A stretch of 64,000 nt of DNA from Epithemia pelagica (lineage: Eukaryota > Protista > Bacillariophyta), in assembly GCA_946965045.2 (NCBI GenBank), contig OX337229.1, positions 2,356,001-2,420,000 on the forward strand, in the 5' to 3' direction. Under the pieces are notes generated by a model, which saw only the letters and a list, made by a program, of their open reading frames with translations, was not told where the DNA came from and did not search any database. Made by a program: the position numbers and the translations under genes. Of the stretch, positions 34,001 through 45,940 are shown piece by piece. Numbering within the stretch: the first letter of the stretch is position 1; every line of letters starts with the position of its first letter.

Positions 34001-36100
34001 GGGCCATGCAAACAATCAACTTCTTGCACAATTTCTACCTAAAAGTGGAAGATCTAAAAGATTACAGGAAAAATTTGAGGACTGCAATGTCCCACAAATG
34101 TTTGATCAACCTTTGCCTAACTGGTAACTGTCTAATGATTGTATTTCTAAGTAATGTGGATGTTAATATAAGAATTTTTGTTAGGGTTGCATGCATCAGG
34201 CAGGAAAAGAGAAAGTTTGATGAAGGACAAAGAAGATTCTTGATAATGACAGAGTACAATTTCTCAACATTCTAGGATTTGAATGGGGTCAACAAAAAGG
34301 TGACAACTTGTGAAACAAGCATCATAGCAAGCTCAACACATTTCAACTGAAATATAATTACACAAGAGTACCAACAAAGTTGAGATTGCTAGACCACTGG
34401 GTTAGTACACAACAAGACCAGTACAGAAAGATGAAAATGTGGATGAAGTCAGTCATGACTCATAGAAAGATAGCTCTACTTGAGCAATTGGACTTTTGTT
34501 GGTAATGAGAAAATCCTGGCACAGCAACTTCTGTTTCTTAATATGGTTAATGACCAGTCAATTCTAAGGACAACATCAATGATGCAATCATTTCATTTCT
34601 TTTGTATTTCTAACCTCATAATTTTTCTAAATATGAAAGCATGTATTGACAAGAGCCATGAAAAATCCCAAGAGACTGCCCCTGGGACAACTACCATACA
34701 CTGATTCTACTGATTCTACAATAAAAGAAAGAGCAATACATCACAAGAGACCCCTGGGGATTTGGGACAACTACAGTACACCAATTCTACTATAAAAGGA
34801 AGGGATGATGGAGGTCCACCATCTCTGTTTCCTGATATTAGAGGTATAGAGCAACAGATATTTTGGAAAAAATGTACTCCTGAGCAGACCAGTTGAATTA
34901 ACAAATATTACACATTCCATGGTGTCTATCCAGTTGGGTGGGATGCTACCAAGGCAATATTTTGTGAAATGCTTTAGTATATGGGCGAGGATGTCTTGGG
35001 CAACTGTGGGACCTATGATGTGATGTTGTGGAACCAGAGGCGCGTGTACACAAGTACTGGCATGAAAGCAAAGAGTTTTCCATTGCCCCTCCTGATGCAT
35101 TGCCCCTCCTGATGGTGATGAATTGGTAAGACTCAATTACTACAAGTACAACCTACCCAGCACTTCACTGGAAGATTACTTCATGGTCCAATACATCAGT
35201 TTGTAGGAACAGTTTGTTCGTAGTAGTCTAATGTAAGCTTTGATCGTTGGCAACACTGAAATTACGCTGTTAATTTAAGGACTGATATGGTTGTCACAAT
35301 TTGATAACTCTTATATGTAATGATGAAGTAAGAATTAGGTATTGGCTGGTGTGTTATAACTAATAAAGAAAAGGTGGGAAAATTTTGCCTTCTTCAGTAG
35401 ATGGTTGTTTGATCCCCTTATCCAGTAGAATAGAGATACATTCAACAAAAGCTCAAATTTCTACATCCTGCCACTCATACATTTTGTTCATCAATTGTTG
35501 AAGACTATCATGAAGATGCTGTGTGTTGAATGGTTCTGCACAGTTGTGGTTGTGCTCCAGATAGCGTTCAGTGCTCCAGATAGCTTTCAGAACCATATTC
35601 TGACCCATCATTATATTCATTACTCATTCTGCGTGGCATGGAAATGAAGGTGGAGGAAGTAGATGAATGAACCATCGCATGTGCAGCGTAACAAAATCCT
35701 CCAAATTGGTTTCCTTATCATCAATCTCCTTAAGCACCCGTAACAAAATGCTCCAAATCAGCTTCCTCATCATCATCCATCAAAAGGACATCTTTTATCA
35801 CAGGCATATATGAATGCCATGTCGTTGGATTGAAATCCATAATATTGTCACAGCAAAAGTTGAAGAACTGTTCCTTGGTGAGATGCATTGTTGACAGATC
35901 AAAGGGAGACTGGTCTCCTATATGCTCGTGGGGGCCCATTCCGTGAATTTTAATCAGTTGCCAAGGCTGCTTATCTTTGTTGCTTGCCATTTCCACTGCA
36001 CGATAATAGTTGTCCTCAAATGATTCCTCCACATCTGGTACACCATGTTGTAGCGTGAAGTGGCAGGATTTATACACTTTATCAGACCCATCTTTCTGCA

Positions 36101-36171
36101 GCCGCAGTGGTTTAGAGGTTAATGTTTGCTGTTGGCTCGTAAGATCAAGGGTTCGATTCCCCTCTGCTTCA
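36101..36171 (+). tRNA. Degenerate tRNA-like sequence (pseudo-tRNA or SINE head; His-like at best)
   Basis: A-box-like TGGTTTAGAGG and B-box GGTTCGATTCC at tRNA spacing. The acceptor stem GCCGCAG/CTGCTTC pairs 5 of 7. The anticodon loop is irregular. Confidence 0.4.
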
Positions 36172-36845
36172 GCTTTAAGTTCAAGACCCCCAATTCCTGG
36201 GGGCCGCCATATTTGGGGTGTATGGCACAAGATGTTTCCCCGCTGGTAAGAGATACATCCTCTCAAGACAGGCCTGCCCCTAAACCCTCGGGCAATAACG
36301 GGTCTACCTGTTTGCTCATAAAAGCTATGTGCATAGATGAGCGGGGGAACGAATATGTGTTTTTATCTAACTCACCAACTATGCTAGCTAAGCTATGCAT
36401 CATGTGAAACTCCTTGGAGTTTTGCTCTTTGCCTTTTGCCCGTACTGGCAGCGGCTGATCACCGCTTGGGAGTGTTCGTGCTAAGCTACTCGTCACGGTA
36501 TGCTTGCGGCACTACTCATAGTTCACACTCGTGATGTGTGACCCATGGCATTCTCCCACGTGACGGGGAGCACTCGCTTAAGTGAGCGATTGTTTTGGAA
36601 ATCTTTTCTCCATATATGAAAATATAGATACCTCCTTTTGCACTGTGCCAACGCACACGTCCTAAGTATTTGTTGTCTGCCGACTGCAGCGTAAACGCAA
36701 GTCGACACTGCTTGTGCACCTCAATTCCAGGTAGAATTGCGAAATCTGCAATCTGCATCACCTTTTGGCAATGCTCCCACACTTCTGTGTTTTTGCCTGT
36801 GTTTTGATCTGAACCTCTTCTGCTTCTGGCTCTCTTGCTTTCCTT

Positions 36846-39800
36846 TTGCCTTCCACCATGTCTTCATCCACTGCCCCTGAAAATCCCAAGGAAGACTTCA
36901 AGGCTGCCGTTAAACGCTGTGGATACAATGATTCCACCGTTACCTACATCATTGAGCAGGGTTTTGACGATGCTCAATCGTTCATGACTGTTGCAGTCCA
37001 TCAAGTAATGGCAAAGACCCCTCCAGAGAACGGGGCCTTTCCCTTCAGTGCTAACCTGCAGCTCCACGGCTTCCGAATGTGGCTCGAATACCGTTCGTCT
37101 CGTGGTCAGGCTCTTAAAGTCTCACTTTTCTCTGATCCGCCCCTGATCAAGAAATGGACCAAACGTACCCAGGAGCTGTTCGCGCTCAACAAGGAAGTTG
37201 CCTCCAATGAACTGACCCCACCGAAAGAGTTGACTTCGTTTACTCAGTGGGAGGTGTTTAACGATGCCTTGCTCACATTCCTTGCGCAGCATCGCAATCC
37301 TACAACGGGTGTCCCTTTGACGTACGTCCTTCGTGAAAATAAGTCTGTCGGTTCTGAAGCAAGGAATACTGCCTACGATACTATCAATGACAATTTGATT
37401 GCAACAACTATCCTGCAAGGCAATCAGTATGCCCTTGACAATCAACGCGTCTTCATGCTGATGAAACCTTTTCTTGTTGGCGGACCTGGCTTGACGTTCA
37501 TCAAGCCACACCAAAAGAAGAAGGACGGTCGTGAGGCGTATCTTGCGTTGACTCGCCAAGCTACTGGAACAGCAGCTGTCACCATCCGCAAGAAAGAAGC
37601 ATACCCTGCTATTGCCGACGCGAAGTTCACGGGCCGCGGTCGTTTCTCGTATCAGCAATACGTTCACCGCCATCAGAAAGCTCATAATACGTTGGCTGAA
37701 CTTGATGAACCCGTTGCCGAAACCAAAAAGGTAACCGATTTCCTCAAAGGTATATCGGATCCCTCTTTGGCGGCAGGAAAGACGGTCGTCAACGGTGACG
37801 CAGCAAAGCTTTCTGATTTTGAAGCATGCCAGCAGTATTTTGGCACGTTGATTGCTGCATCCCGTACCGACAAGACCCATGACGAGAATCGAAAGATTGC
37901 TGGGGTAGGTACGACTTAGACTAGTGGAAAGAAGAATGGTCGTAACAAGCAGAATAAAAAGAAGACACGTCATTACAGTTTGGATGAATGGCACAAGCTC
38001 TCTGATGAAGAGAAGGCCGCAATCCTCCGTGCCCGTAAAGAACAGAAAGATGCTAATGGAAAGCGCAAGGCCGGAGCCGTGCGTACTGAAGATGAAAATG
38101 GCTCTCGCAAGTTGAGTAAAACAGAAACTCCAAAGTCTGATGACACGAAATTGGAGACCACTGACCTGGAAGGCGACGACGCGCCGAACCATTCCGAGCC
38201 TGATCCTCCTGTAGCTGATGAACCGACCATTCCCAAAACCTCAGCCGGAAACAGTTTCGGACGCTTTGCCCATAGTAAAAAAGGATCTACAAAGCCGCAC
38301 AACCCTGATGAAACCAAGGAGCCTACAACTGCCGTTGCGAAAGCTGCCCTTGCCGATAAGGCCACAAAGCAGACCTGAGGCTGTGTGCCCAGTGATGAAA
38401 TTGATAAAACAAATCTTATCCGTCCACATTTCTCACTTGTAGGCACCCCTACCTTCAGCTTAGCCTTTGCACACCGTCTATGTGCTGCCGTATCACAGTC
38501 CCATATCACTGATCCGACTGATCTGACATGTGAAATGGACTGGCATGCTGACACTTGTTGTGTTGGTCGCAACTTTGTTAAATTCAGCGAACCTGACCGT
38601 TACATCACTGTTTCCCCATTCTCAGAGGAATATAAACCCCTCGAGCGTATCCCCGTCACCACGACCACCACTGTCTGGACTGATGCCCACAACAATAGTT
38701 ATCTATTGCTGTTTCACGAGTTGTTATTCTTCGGGGACCGATTGTCCCAATCATTGATTTGTCCCAATCAACTGCGTTCAAGCGGCCTCATTGTCCATGA
38801 TGTGCCGCGTCAGTTTGATCCTTACAGCACACACAGCATTCGTATTCCCGATGCTGACCTGACCATTCCTCTAGAAATGTCCAGTGTTATCTCTGGCTTC
38901 GCGACCACGAAGCCAACCCCGGAGGAGCTCGAGTCGCTCCCACGGATAGTCATGACTGCTGATTCGGTGTGGCACCCTCATTCGTCCACCTTTGCTGCCG
39001 CGGAGGAGAAAGCCAATGCATCCAATGCATCTGCTGTCCGCCAAGTTGATCCGAATTCAATTGCCGCATCCTGTGTCCCACGATTGGTTGCTGCCGTCTG
39101 ATCATACGATGAAACTCATGGCTATTGCATGGAACTTGAGAATGACGAGGATGAACTATGCAACCGCTTAGTTGCTGCCGTTCGAGTGTCCCATCCACCG
39201 AGTGCCGAAGACACTGTGGACATTGAGGACCTTGATCCCGACGAATACTTTCTCAAAGCCGTTAAGTCTGCTTCGTCACGACCAACGAAAGCCGTAAAAG
39301 TCTTGCCATCTTCTTCTTAGACTGTACTTGATCCCCAGACCTTGTCTTCTCGATGGACTTTACAAGTGACAACCCAGGCTGGGGTCCGAAATGTCCTTGT
39401 CCCATCTGAACGCAAGGTCCGAAAGAAAGCTCCATGGCTCAAATTCCCGAATGTCAAAGGACGATGGTTTTGCGACGAGATGTTCTCCAAGTGCCCATCG
39501 CTTGACCTTCACACGGGTGCTTCCGTATTTACTGATGGAAAGGGCTATGATTTTGTCTATCCCTGGAAATCAAAGAAGCAACGCCCTGAAGGTCTGATGT
39601 CCCTTATCCAAAATGTCGGGCGCCAGACGTTAATTTCTGACGGTGCGCAAGAGCTTTTTCATGGACGTTCTCGTGAGATCTGTAATGAGTACCGTATCAA
39701 ACAAGAAGTGACCGTCCCATACAGTCAATGGCAGAATGCCGCTGAAGCGAGCATCCGTGAGTTGAAGAAAGGTGTTATTAGGAAATTACGTCAAACTGGC

Positions 39801-40763
39801 GCACCACGACGCATATGGTCCTATGCGCTGAAGTGGGTTGCCTCTGTACGTCAGTTAACTGCCTCAGATATCCCTGAACTTAATGGACGAACGCCATTTG
39901 AACACGTTCTTGGATCGACACCCGACATCTCTCCCATGGCTTTGTTTGATTTCTATCAACCTGTATACTATTATACGCCGTCACATGACTTCCCTCATGA
40001 GCGTGAATGTATTGGGCGCTGGCTTGGTCTTGCCGATGACTGTATTGATGGCATGGCCTTCAACGTCTTGACAGAGAAAGGTCGAGTTATTGTCCGAAAA
40101 GATGTGTGGGCGATCCCTGACGACGATATGAAAAATCCCACAATCCGTCAACAACTGGAAGTCTACGATGGTCTTATCAAGACTCTCCTTGTGGATACAT
40201 CGCAGTCTTCCGATGAAGATGCCGATAATGTTTCCCCTGATCCACCCGATAATTTCTTTGGAGAAGACGAAAGCGAATCTCTCTTTCCTGCTGCTCTTGA
40301 CTCCGATACACCTCTCCCTGATGCTGACGACTACACTCCGGAGGAGTTAGACGAATATCTCACAGCCAAAGTCATGCTGCCGCATGGCGGGGACCAGGCC
40401 AGAGCCAAGATCATAGGCCGCTCCAAAGATGAACATGGCCGACCAATTGGCAAACGTGATCCAAATCCCATCTTAGATACACGTTTCTATGACGTGCTGT
40501 ATCCCGATGGATCGACCGAATCTCTTGCTGCCAATTTCATTGCCGAAAACCTTTACTCTCAAGTCGACACTGAGGGCAACTCCTATGCCTTTGTAAAGAA
40601 TATCATTGGACATTGTAAAACCAAGGACGCAGTCCTCCGAACGGATCCGGACTGGTTGAATAGCCGCAAACGCCATACAACCGTTGGTTGGGAACATGAG
40701 TGCGAACTCTCCGATGGTTCTACCGTTTGGATCCCTCTCAAAGATCTCAAAAACGATTCGCCT
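36846..40763 (+). pseudogene. Element C gag-protease-integrase (stop-interrupted, single frame)
   Basis: ORFs 36846, 37980, 38385, 39129 and 39342 are all in one frame. WIPLKDLKNDSP rejoins VQLAEYA after element D is removed. Confidence 0.88.
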
Positions 40764-41227
40764 ACTCAAACTATACTCAACAAACGTTTGCTCAAGTAAT
40801 ACAGAGAATAGGGCAACTTGATCAAAGGAGGTGATCAAGCTCTTGATGAAGTTGCCTCAGATAGCTTTACAGTAGGTAGAAGAACAGCAATACAATTTTG
40901 GACAACGTCTAGATTGTGAGATTAAGACTAGAGTGATTTCTTGATGGTTTCGACATGTAGGATTGACAGACCGGACAGAGGTAACATGTTCCGGTCACGA
41001 GTTGATAGACTTCTTGATTTTTTGTAATTAATAAAGAACACGTAACAAACAAGCGTGTTCAGTCCAGTGGAACGATGAGTATTTCCAGGACGGCGCAGAT
41101 GTGGATCGGATACTTGACTCATTTGTTCTGTCATCGGTTTCTTCCGACTCTCCCTCTCACATTGCAACGTCCTGCCACTGAATAATGCAAATAGTTTAAA
41201 GCGAACAGAGTGTGGAGCGCCAGTTGG

Positions 41228-42800
41228 TCACCAGCCTTGATTGAGCTTTCGGTTGTGCTCGAACTTTTCGACCACCAAGCCTTTGGTCAGGTAATCCGCA
41301 CGTTGATTCTCAGATTCGATACGAGACACCACCACTCGTTTGTCGTTGACGGCTTCCCAGAAATGATGCCACTTGGTGTTCAAAAATTTTGAACGGTCAG
41401 ATAAGCGTTGATTGTTTGCCAAGAGAAGCGCTGAATTGTTATCTTCAAAGACTTCAGCATGGATCTTCGGAGTGTTGGTCGGGAACTGTACACATTTCAC
41501 CATGTCCGCCAAGACTCGCTGCGTCGCCAGTACCTGTCGCAATGCGATCGACAGTGCAACATACTCCGCGTGGAAAGTGGATAGAGCAGTCTCTGTTTGG
41601 AGCTGACTCTTCCACAACAATGGGCAGCCGCAAAAGAAGATCACATAACCGGTGCGCGATTTCGAGCTTATCGGATTGTCTTGATGCTCGCGGCCATGAA
41701 GGCCCGCGAAATCCGCATCCACGTAACAATCCAACTTGAACGAAAGATCAGGGGTGAAGATTGTACCTTCGTTGATCGATGCTGCAAGATAGCGCACGAT
41801 CATCTTGACTGCTGCAGCATGAGATTGCTTGGGTGCTGAGCTAAAGCGTGCGACTTGGCTGACCGCAAAGGCGATGTCGGGACGGGAGTTCGAAGAAAGG
41901 TAAAGAAGCATTCCAACGATGGAGGAGTACTGCCACTTTTCGTTCATGGGCTCACCGTTGGGATCGGAGCCGAGACCGACTTGCAGAGATGGTACCTTGT
42001 TGTGATTGCAGTTTTCCATCGATGTTGCCTTGATAATTTTCGAAATCAAGCCGGGTTGAGTCATCTTGATGGTGTTGTTGTTTTGGTTGCGTTCGAATTT
42101 TATTCCCAAGTATTCCGAGAAGTCACCCTCTTGAGTCAATTCAAATCCGGCATCACGCAAACGCTTCACAAACTCATCAATCAACCCTTGGTTTGGTGCT
42201 GTCACGCCACAATCATCGACGTAAAGAAAAAGGATCATGTCGCGTTTTAAGGAAAGGCACTCGTCTTCTTTGCTCTGACGGAAACCATCTTTCAAAAGAA
42301 ACTTTACCAAATGCTCGTACCAAAGTCGTGGAGCGTTGGCGGTTCCATAAAGCGACTTCTTCAGGCGCAGACAAGTGTCAGAGCCCATGGTCGACTTGTA
42401 GCCACGTGGAAGATGGATCCAGATTGGCTCTTCAAGAGTCGCCTGGACGAAGGCGTTTGCAAAGTCCACACAAATGAGACTCCAACCATGTATGATTGCA
42501 AAGATCAACACAACACGAATTGTCGACCAAGCGACTACTGGCGAGAAGGTCTCGAAATCTCCTTCCTGGAGATCGCCACGAACACAAAGGCGAGCCTTGA
42601 ACTTCTTGATTTTGCCAGTTGGTGTTCGCTTGCGGCGAAATACCCATGTGACCGGAAGAATCTTGGTCTTTGCATCGCTCTTTGGCACTTCATCCCAAAC
42701 TTCCTTCTTGATAAGAGCGATCACTTCGTCGTCCGCCGAAATTTTCCATCACTCAAAATCCACAACATCAAGCAGAATCTCGTCAAAGGAGAGGGTGTCT
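41228..42800 (-). pseudogene. Element D RT-RNase H
   Basis: KARLCVRGD, DFANAFVQ, KKSLYG, YVDD, YVDADFAG, STFHAEY, EDNNSA, ADYLTK. Premature TGA at about 42748 in DPDTLSFDE...FE*WK. Confidence 0.9.
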
Positions 42801-42955
42801 GGATCAGATACTGCAGCCTTGTAGATTGCCAGTTCTGGAGTGAGGCCATAATGTCGAAACATATCAATCAGACAGATGTGGTGAATTGGACAAGGTGGTT
42901 TGGGATGGATGGTGGAGGTTGCAGCTTCAGAAGGGTCGAAGAGTTGGACGAGAGG

Positions 42956-44400
42956 TTAAGACTGAGACCATGAGATGGTTCCGACGTAGGACCGTTTGTT
43001 GGCGTCCATCGTTTCAACGAGACGGGATGGAGCTTTGGATTGCCGAGTGGAACGTCGAAGGGTCTGTGTCTCATTGGCGGATTCGGACTTGGGCAACTGC
43101 TGGGGCTCCCTCTGACGAAGAAGGGGCGCCCTCTGACGACGAGATGGCTCCCTCTGAGGAGAAGAGGGGTTGGATGAGACGGCCGGAATGGACGGGCTCC
43201 GACTGGATCTCTCCCTCTGAGGCCGCGTCCCACTGGTCAAGGACTCAAGAGGAGTCCTGTTCGTGACGGGTGTCGAAGGAATTGGTGTTGAGATGGGAGT
43301 GTTGCTCGGAGGGGTTGGTCCAGGTGACGGAGGGGTGCTCGGAACTCGTGGTGTCGAAGTGGGAGGATTGGTTGGAACAGGCAGAGGGACGGGCAGTGGT
43401 TGAGGTGGATTGATGGCGTTCATGGCTGATGACACTTGGTTTCGTCGAGACTCGAAAGCATGAGCATCGGTGGCATCGGTTGGATCATGTTCTTGGTTGG
43501 TAGCGTCGTCGTCATCACTCACAAACTGGTACACCGAATCGCCAAACATTTCGGTCCATGCTTTGGCGGTGAAATCTGGCAAGTCATCAAGCGAAGTAGC
43601 GATGGTTGCGAACCAATCATCAAGGACAGCATGAAATTGAGCTGTAATTGCGCCGGATGATAAGTTCAAAACCAGAGGTACAGTTGAAGAGTGGCGAGAA
43701 GACAAACCCATGAACATTGCTCGATCCGAACGAGGCTTCCAACGAGGCAGTTTGTGTCCGTCCGCAATCTTCTTGTTGAGGACATACACCAGACAACCCC
43801 AAACATGAAAATCATGAAGCTTTGTTTGGAGCCATCGTGTCCGAGTGAAGAGGTCATGCGGTGAAATTCCTGTTGATGGGTGAGGAATGTGGTTGTGGAG
43901 CATGATCGCATACTCAACTGCCATGGGCCACAATGACGGATCGGCGTGCTCAGGCCAATGGATGGCGCTGTGCAGCGTCATAGTCCTGGCCAGTGCCATA
44001 ATTGTCTGGATTGCCCGCTCTGCAACACCGTTGTGGTGGTGTGCACCGACACCGGCGAAGCGATAGATTTGTTGGAAAGTTGTCAATTTTGCAGTGTATT
44101 GCTTGGAGGTAAATGCTGATCCTCCATCAGTCACATAAGACTGGAGAACCACACCGAAATCCCGACATCGTCGCTCGTACTCTTCTTTTGCATGCATGGT
44201 CTGATGTGTATTGAGGGAGGTTTGTAAGCCACAATCAACGTATCCGGTTGCAAGGTCAACAAAAATTGCTCCACCCTTGTACATTGATGACTCTTTTGTC
44301 TTGCCACGCGAGGTAAAGAGCCGACCGAGTGTTGAACAAACAAAATGGTCAACGGCGACACACTGACCGGGGAACATCTTGTCACGTTTCAGAGCACCGT
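42956..44400 (-). CDS. Element D integrase core, N-terminal zinc finger missing
   Basis: PGQCVAVDHF, FVDLATGY, TDGGSAF, HHHNGVAERAIQT, LPRWKPRS. Confidence 0.9.
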
Positions 44401-45360
44401 CATGTGTTGAAGTGCTGAATCAAGGTCAGTCTGGCGATCGACAATACGCTTTCGGTAGCGATCATCGCCATCGGCCAGAGCGAATGCATCAATCAACTTT
44501 TCAGTGTCGTGAAGATCAAAGACACCTGCTCCAGCGGTGAGGAGGGAGCGATAGTGCTTCTTCACGTCAAGACACATCGCCAAGATGTCCTGTCCTGGAT
44601 AGTCTTGAGGACGGATGGCGAGTAGTTTCTTCTTGATATCAGCGAATCGATGTGGGGAGTCGCTGGTGAGAAGCTGAAGGAGAAGCATCCACGCATGATG
44701 GAACGTTGGGGTGTCATCTGGAAGCCGATCGACAATTTGCTCATAAAGTTCAGAGCTGAGGCTGTCCGAAAGGCAGAGACGAGCTGCGGTGTCGTTGGCT
44801 TCGTCATAAAAATCGTACAAGGCGAACTGTTTCACGATGGCTTCCTTGACATAATCGTATGTCACCCGCGTGTGGTCGGTCAGAATGTTGATCATCTTTT
44901 TATCATCCGAAGGGTCAGGGAGATATGTAACACTATCCAATCCGCGCAATTTGTATCGTTCCAAGAGTCGACGTTGGAACTTAAACAAGTCATGGTCCTT
45001 GTCAAACTTGTCATCAAAACCTTTGGATCGTTCCTCTTGTCCGCTTTCGTCGGTTAGGAGACGCAGTTGTGAGGACTGGCGAAACTTGTCCTTGCTGGGA
45101 TCGGCGAGTCCGGACCAATCCGCAAGAGGTACACCGCCAGTCCAAGCTGCGAAAGTATTGTGTTTGATTTGGATAATGCCTCCCATACGTGGCTGGGGAG
45201 GCTTGAAAGGTTCACGATCAGAGTCGGGCATGGTTACGGAGGAGGCTTCACTGGATTCTTCACTGGAGCCTGATTGGGATTTTTGCTCGTCGTTCTCGTT
45301 GGGGTTGTTCTCGCTAGAGGTAGGAGGAGCGTTGGGAGGATCGTTGGGAACTTGGTCCAC
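44389..45360 (-). pseudogene. Element D Gag, C-terminally truncated by internal deletion
   Basis: AWTGGVPLADWSGL and LDSVTYLPDP are homologous to the element B gag. The ORF runs directly into integrase sequence (DGALKRDKMFPGQ) with no knuckle or protease. Confidence 0.85.
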
Positions 45361-45536
45361 TAGATCGGTAAAGTCGTCGACAAAAGAAAAAGCGCCACTG
45401 ATGGCAGAGGTGGGAGATATATCGTCAATGGTTGAAGCTTCAGAGAGGCTGCTTGGAGCAGCTAAAGATGCTTGTTCGCTCTGTTAGAGGAACTCGTGCG
45501 GTTTCACAGGTGCGTTAGCTGGGTTAGGCTTTATCT

Positions 45537-45549
45537 TGGGCTCAGAACC
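45537..45549 (-). promoter_or_regulatory. Element D PBS, half-tRNAiMet type
   Basis: GGTTCTGAGCCCA differs by one base from the complement of the tRNAiMet anticodon arm (TGGGCTCATAACC). The element B PBS at 21977-21990 is the same type. Confidence 0.75.
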
Positions 45550-45940
45550 ACTCAAACTATACTCAACAAATGTTTGCTCAAGTAATACAGAGAATAGGGC
45601 AACTTGATCAAAGGAGGTGATCAAGCTCTTGATGAAGTTGCCTCAGATAGCTTTACAGTAGGTAGAAGAACAGCAATACGATTTTGGACAATGTCTAGAT
45701 TGTGAGATTAAGACTAGAGTGATTTCTTGATGGTTTCGACATGTAGGATTGACAGACCGGACAGAGGTAACATGTTCCGGTCACGAGTTGATAGACTTCT
45801 TGATTTTTTGTAATTAATAAAGAACACGTAACAAACAAGCGTGTTCAGTCCAGTGGAACGATGAGTATTTACAGGACGGCGCAGATGTGGATCGGATACT
45901 TGACTCATTTGTTCTGTCATCGGTTTCTTCCGACTCGCCT

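Larger units (their letters stand above)
40764..45935 (-). mobile_element. Element D: internally deleted Ty1/Copia retrotransposon (5172 bp)
   Basis: 386-bp LTRs (40764-41149, 45550-45935) with 4 differences. CGCCT TSD at 40759-40763 and 45936-45940. PPT at 41150-41160 and PBS at 45537-45549. Confidence 0.95.

Noticed and set aside
36670-36710. GCGTAAACGCAAG as a half-tRNA-Val PBS for element C
   Set aside because: The fit to a Val(UAC) loop is imperfect, and no second LTR exists to fix the boundary.
37122-38192. 356-aa antisense ORF (and similar ones at 20886-21767 and 61100-62122)
   Set aside because: These are shadow frames of TE coding strands with biased composition and no independent motifs.
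37917-39323. Programmed readthrough at two TAG-ACT stops in element C
   Set aside because: The element has other stops, a frameshift and a dead YxDD motif, so simple decay is sufficient.
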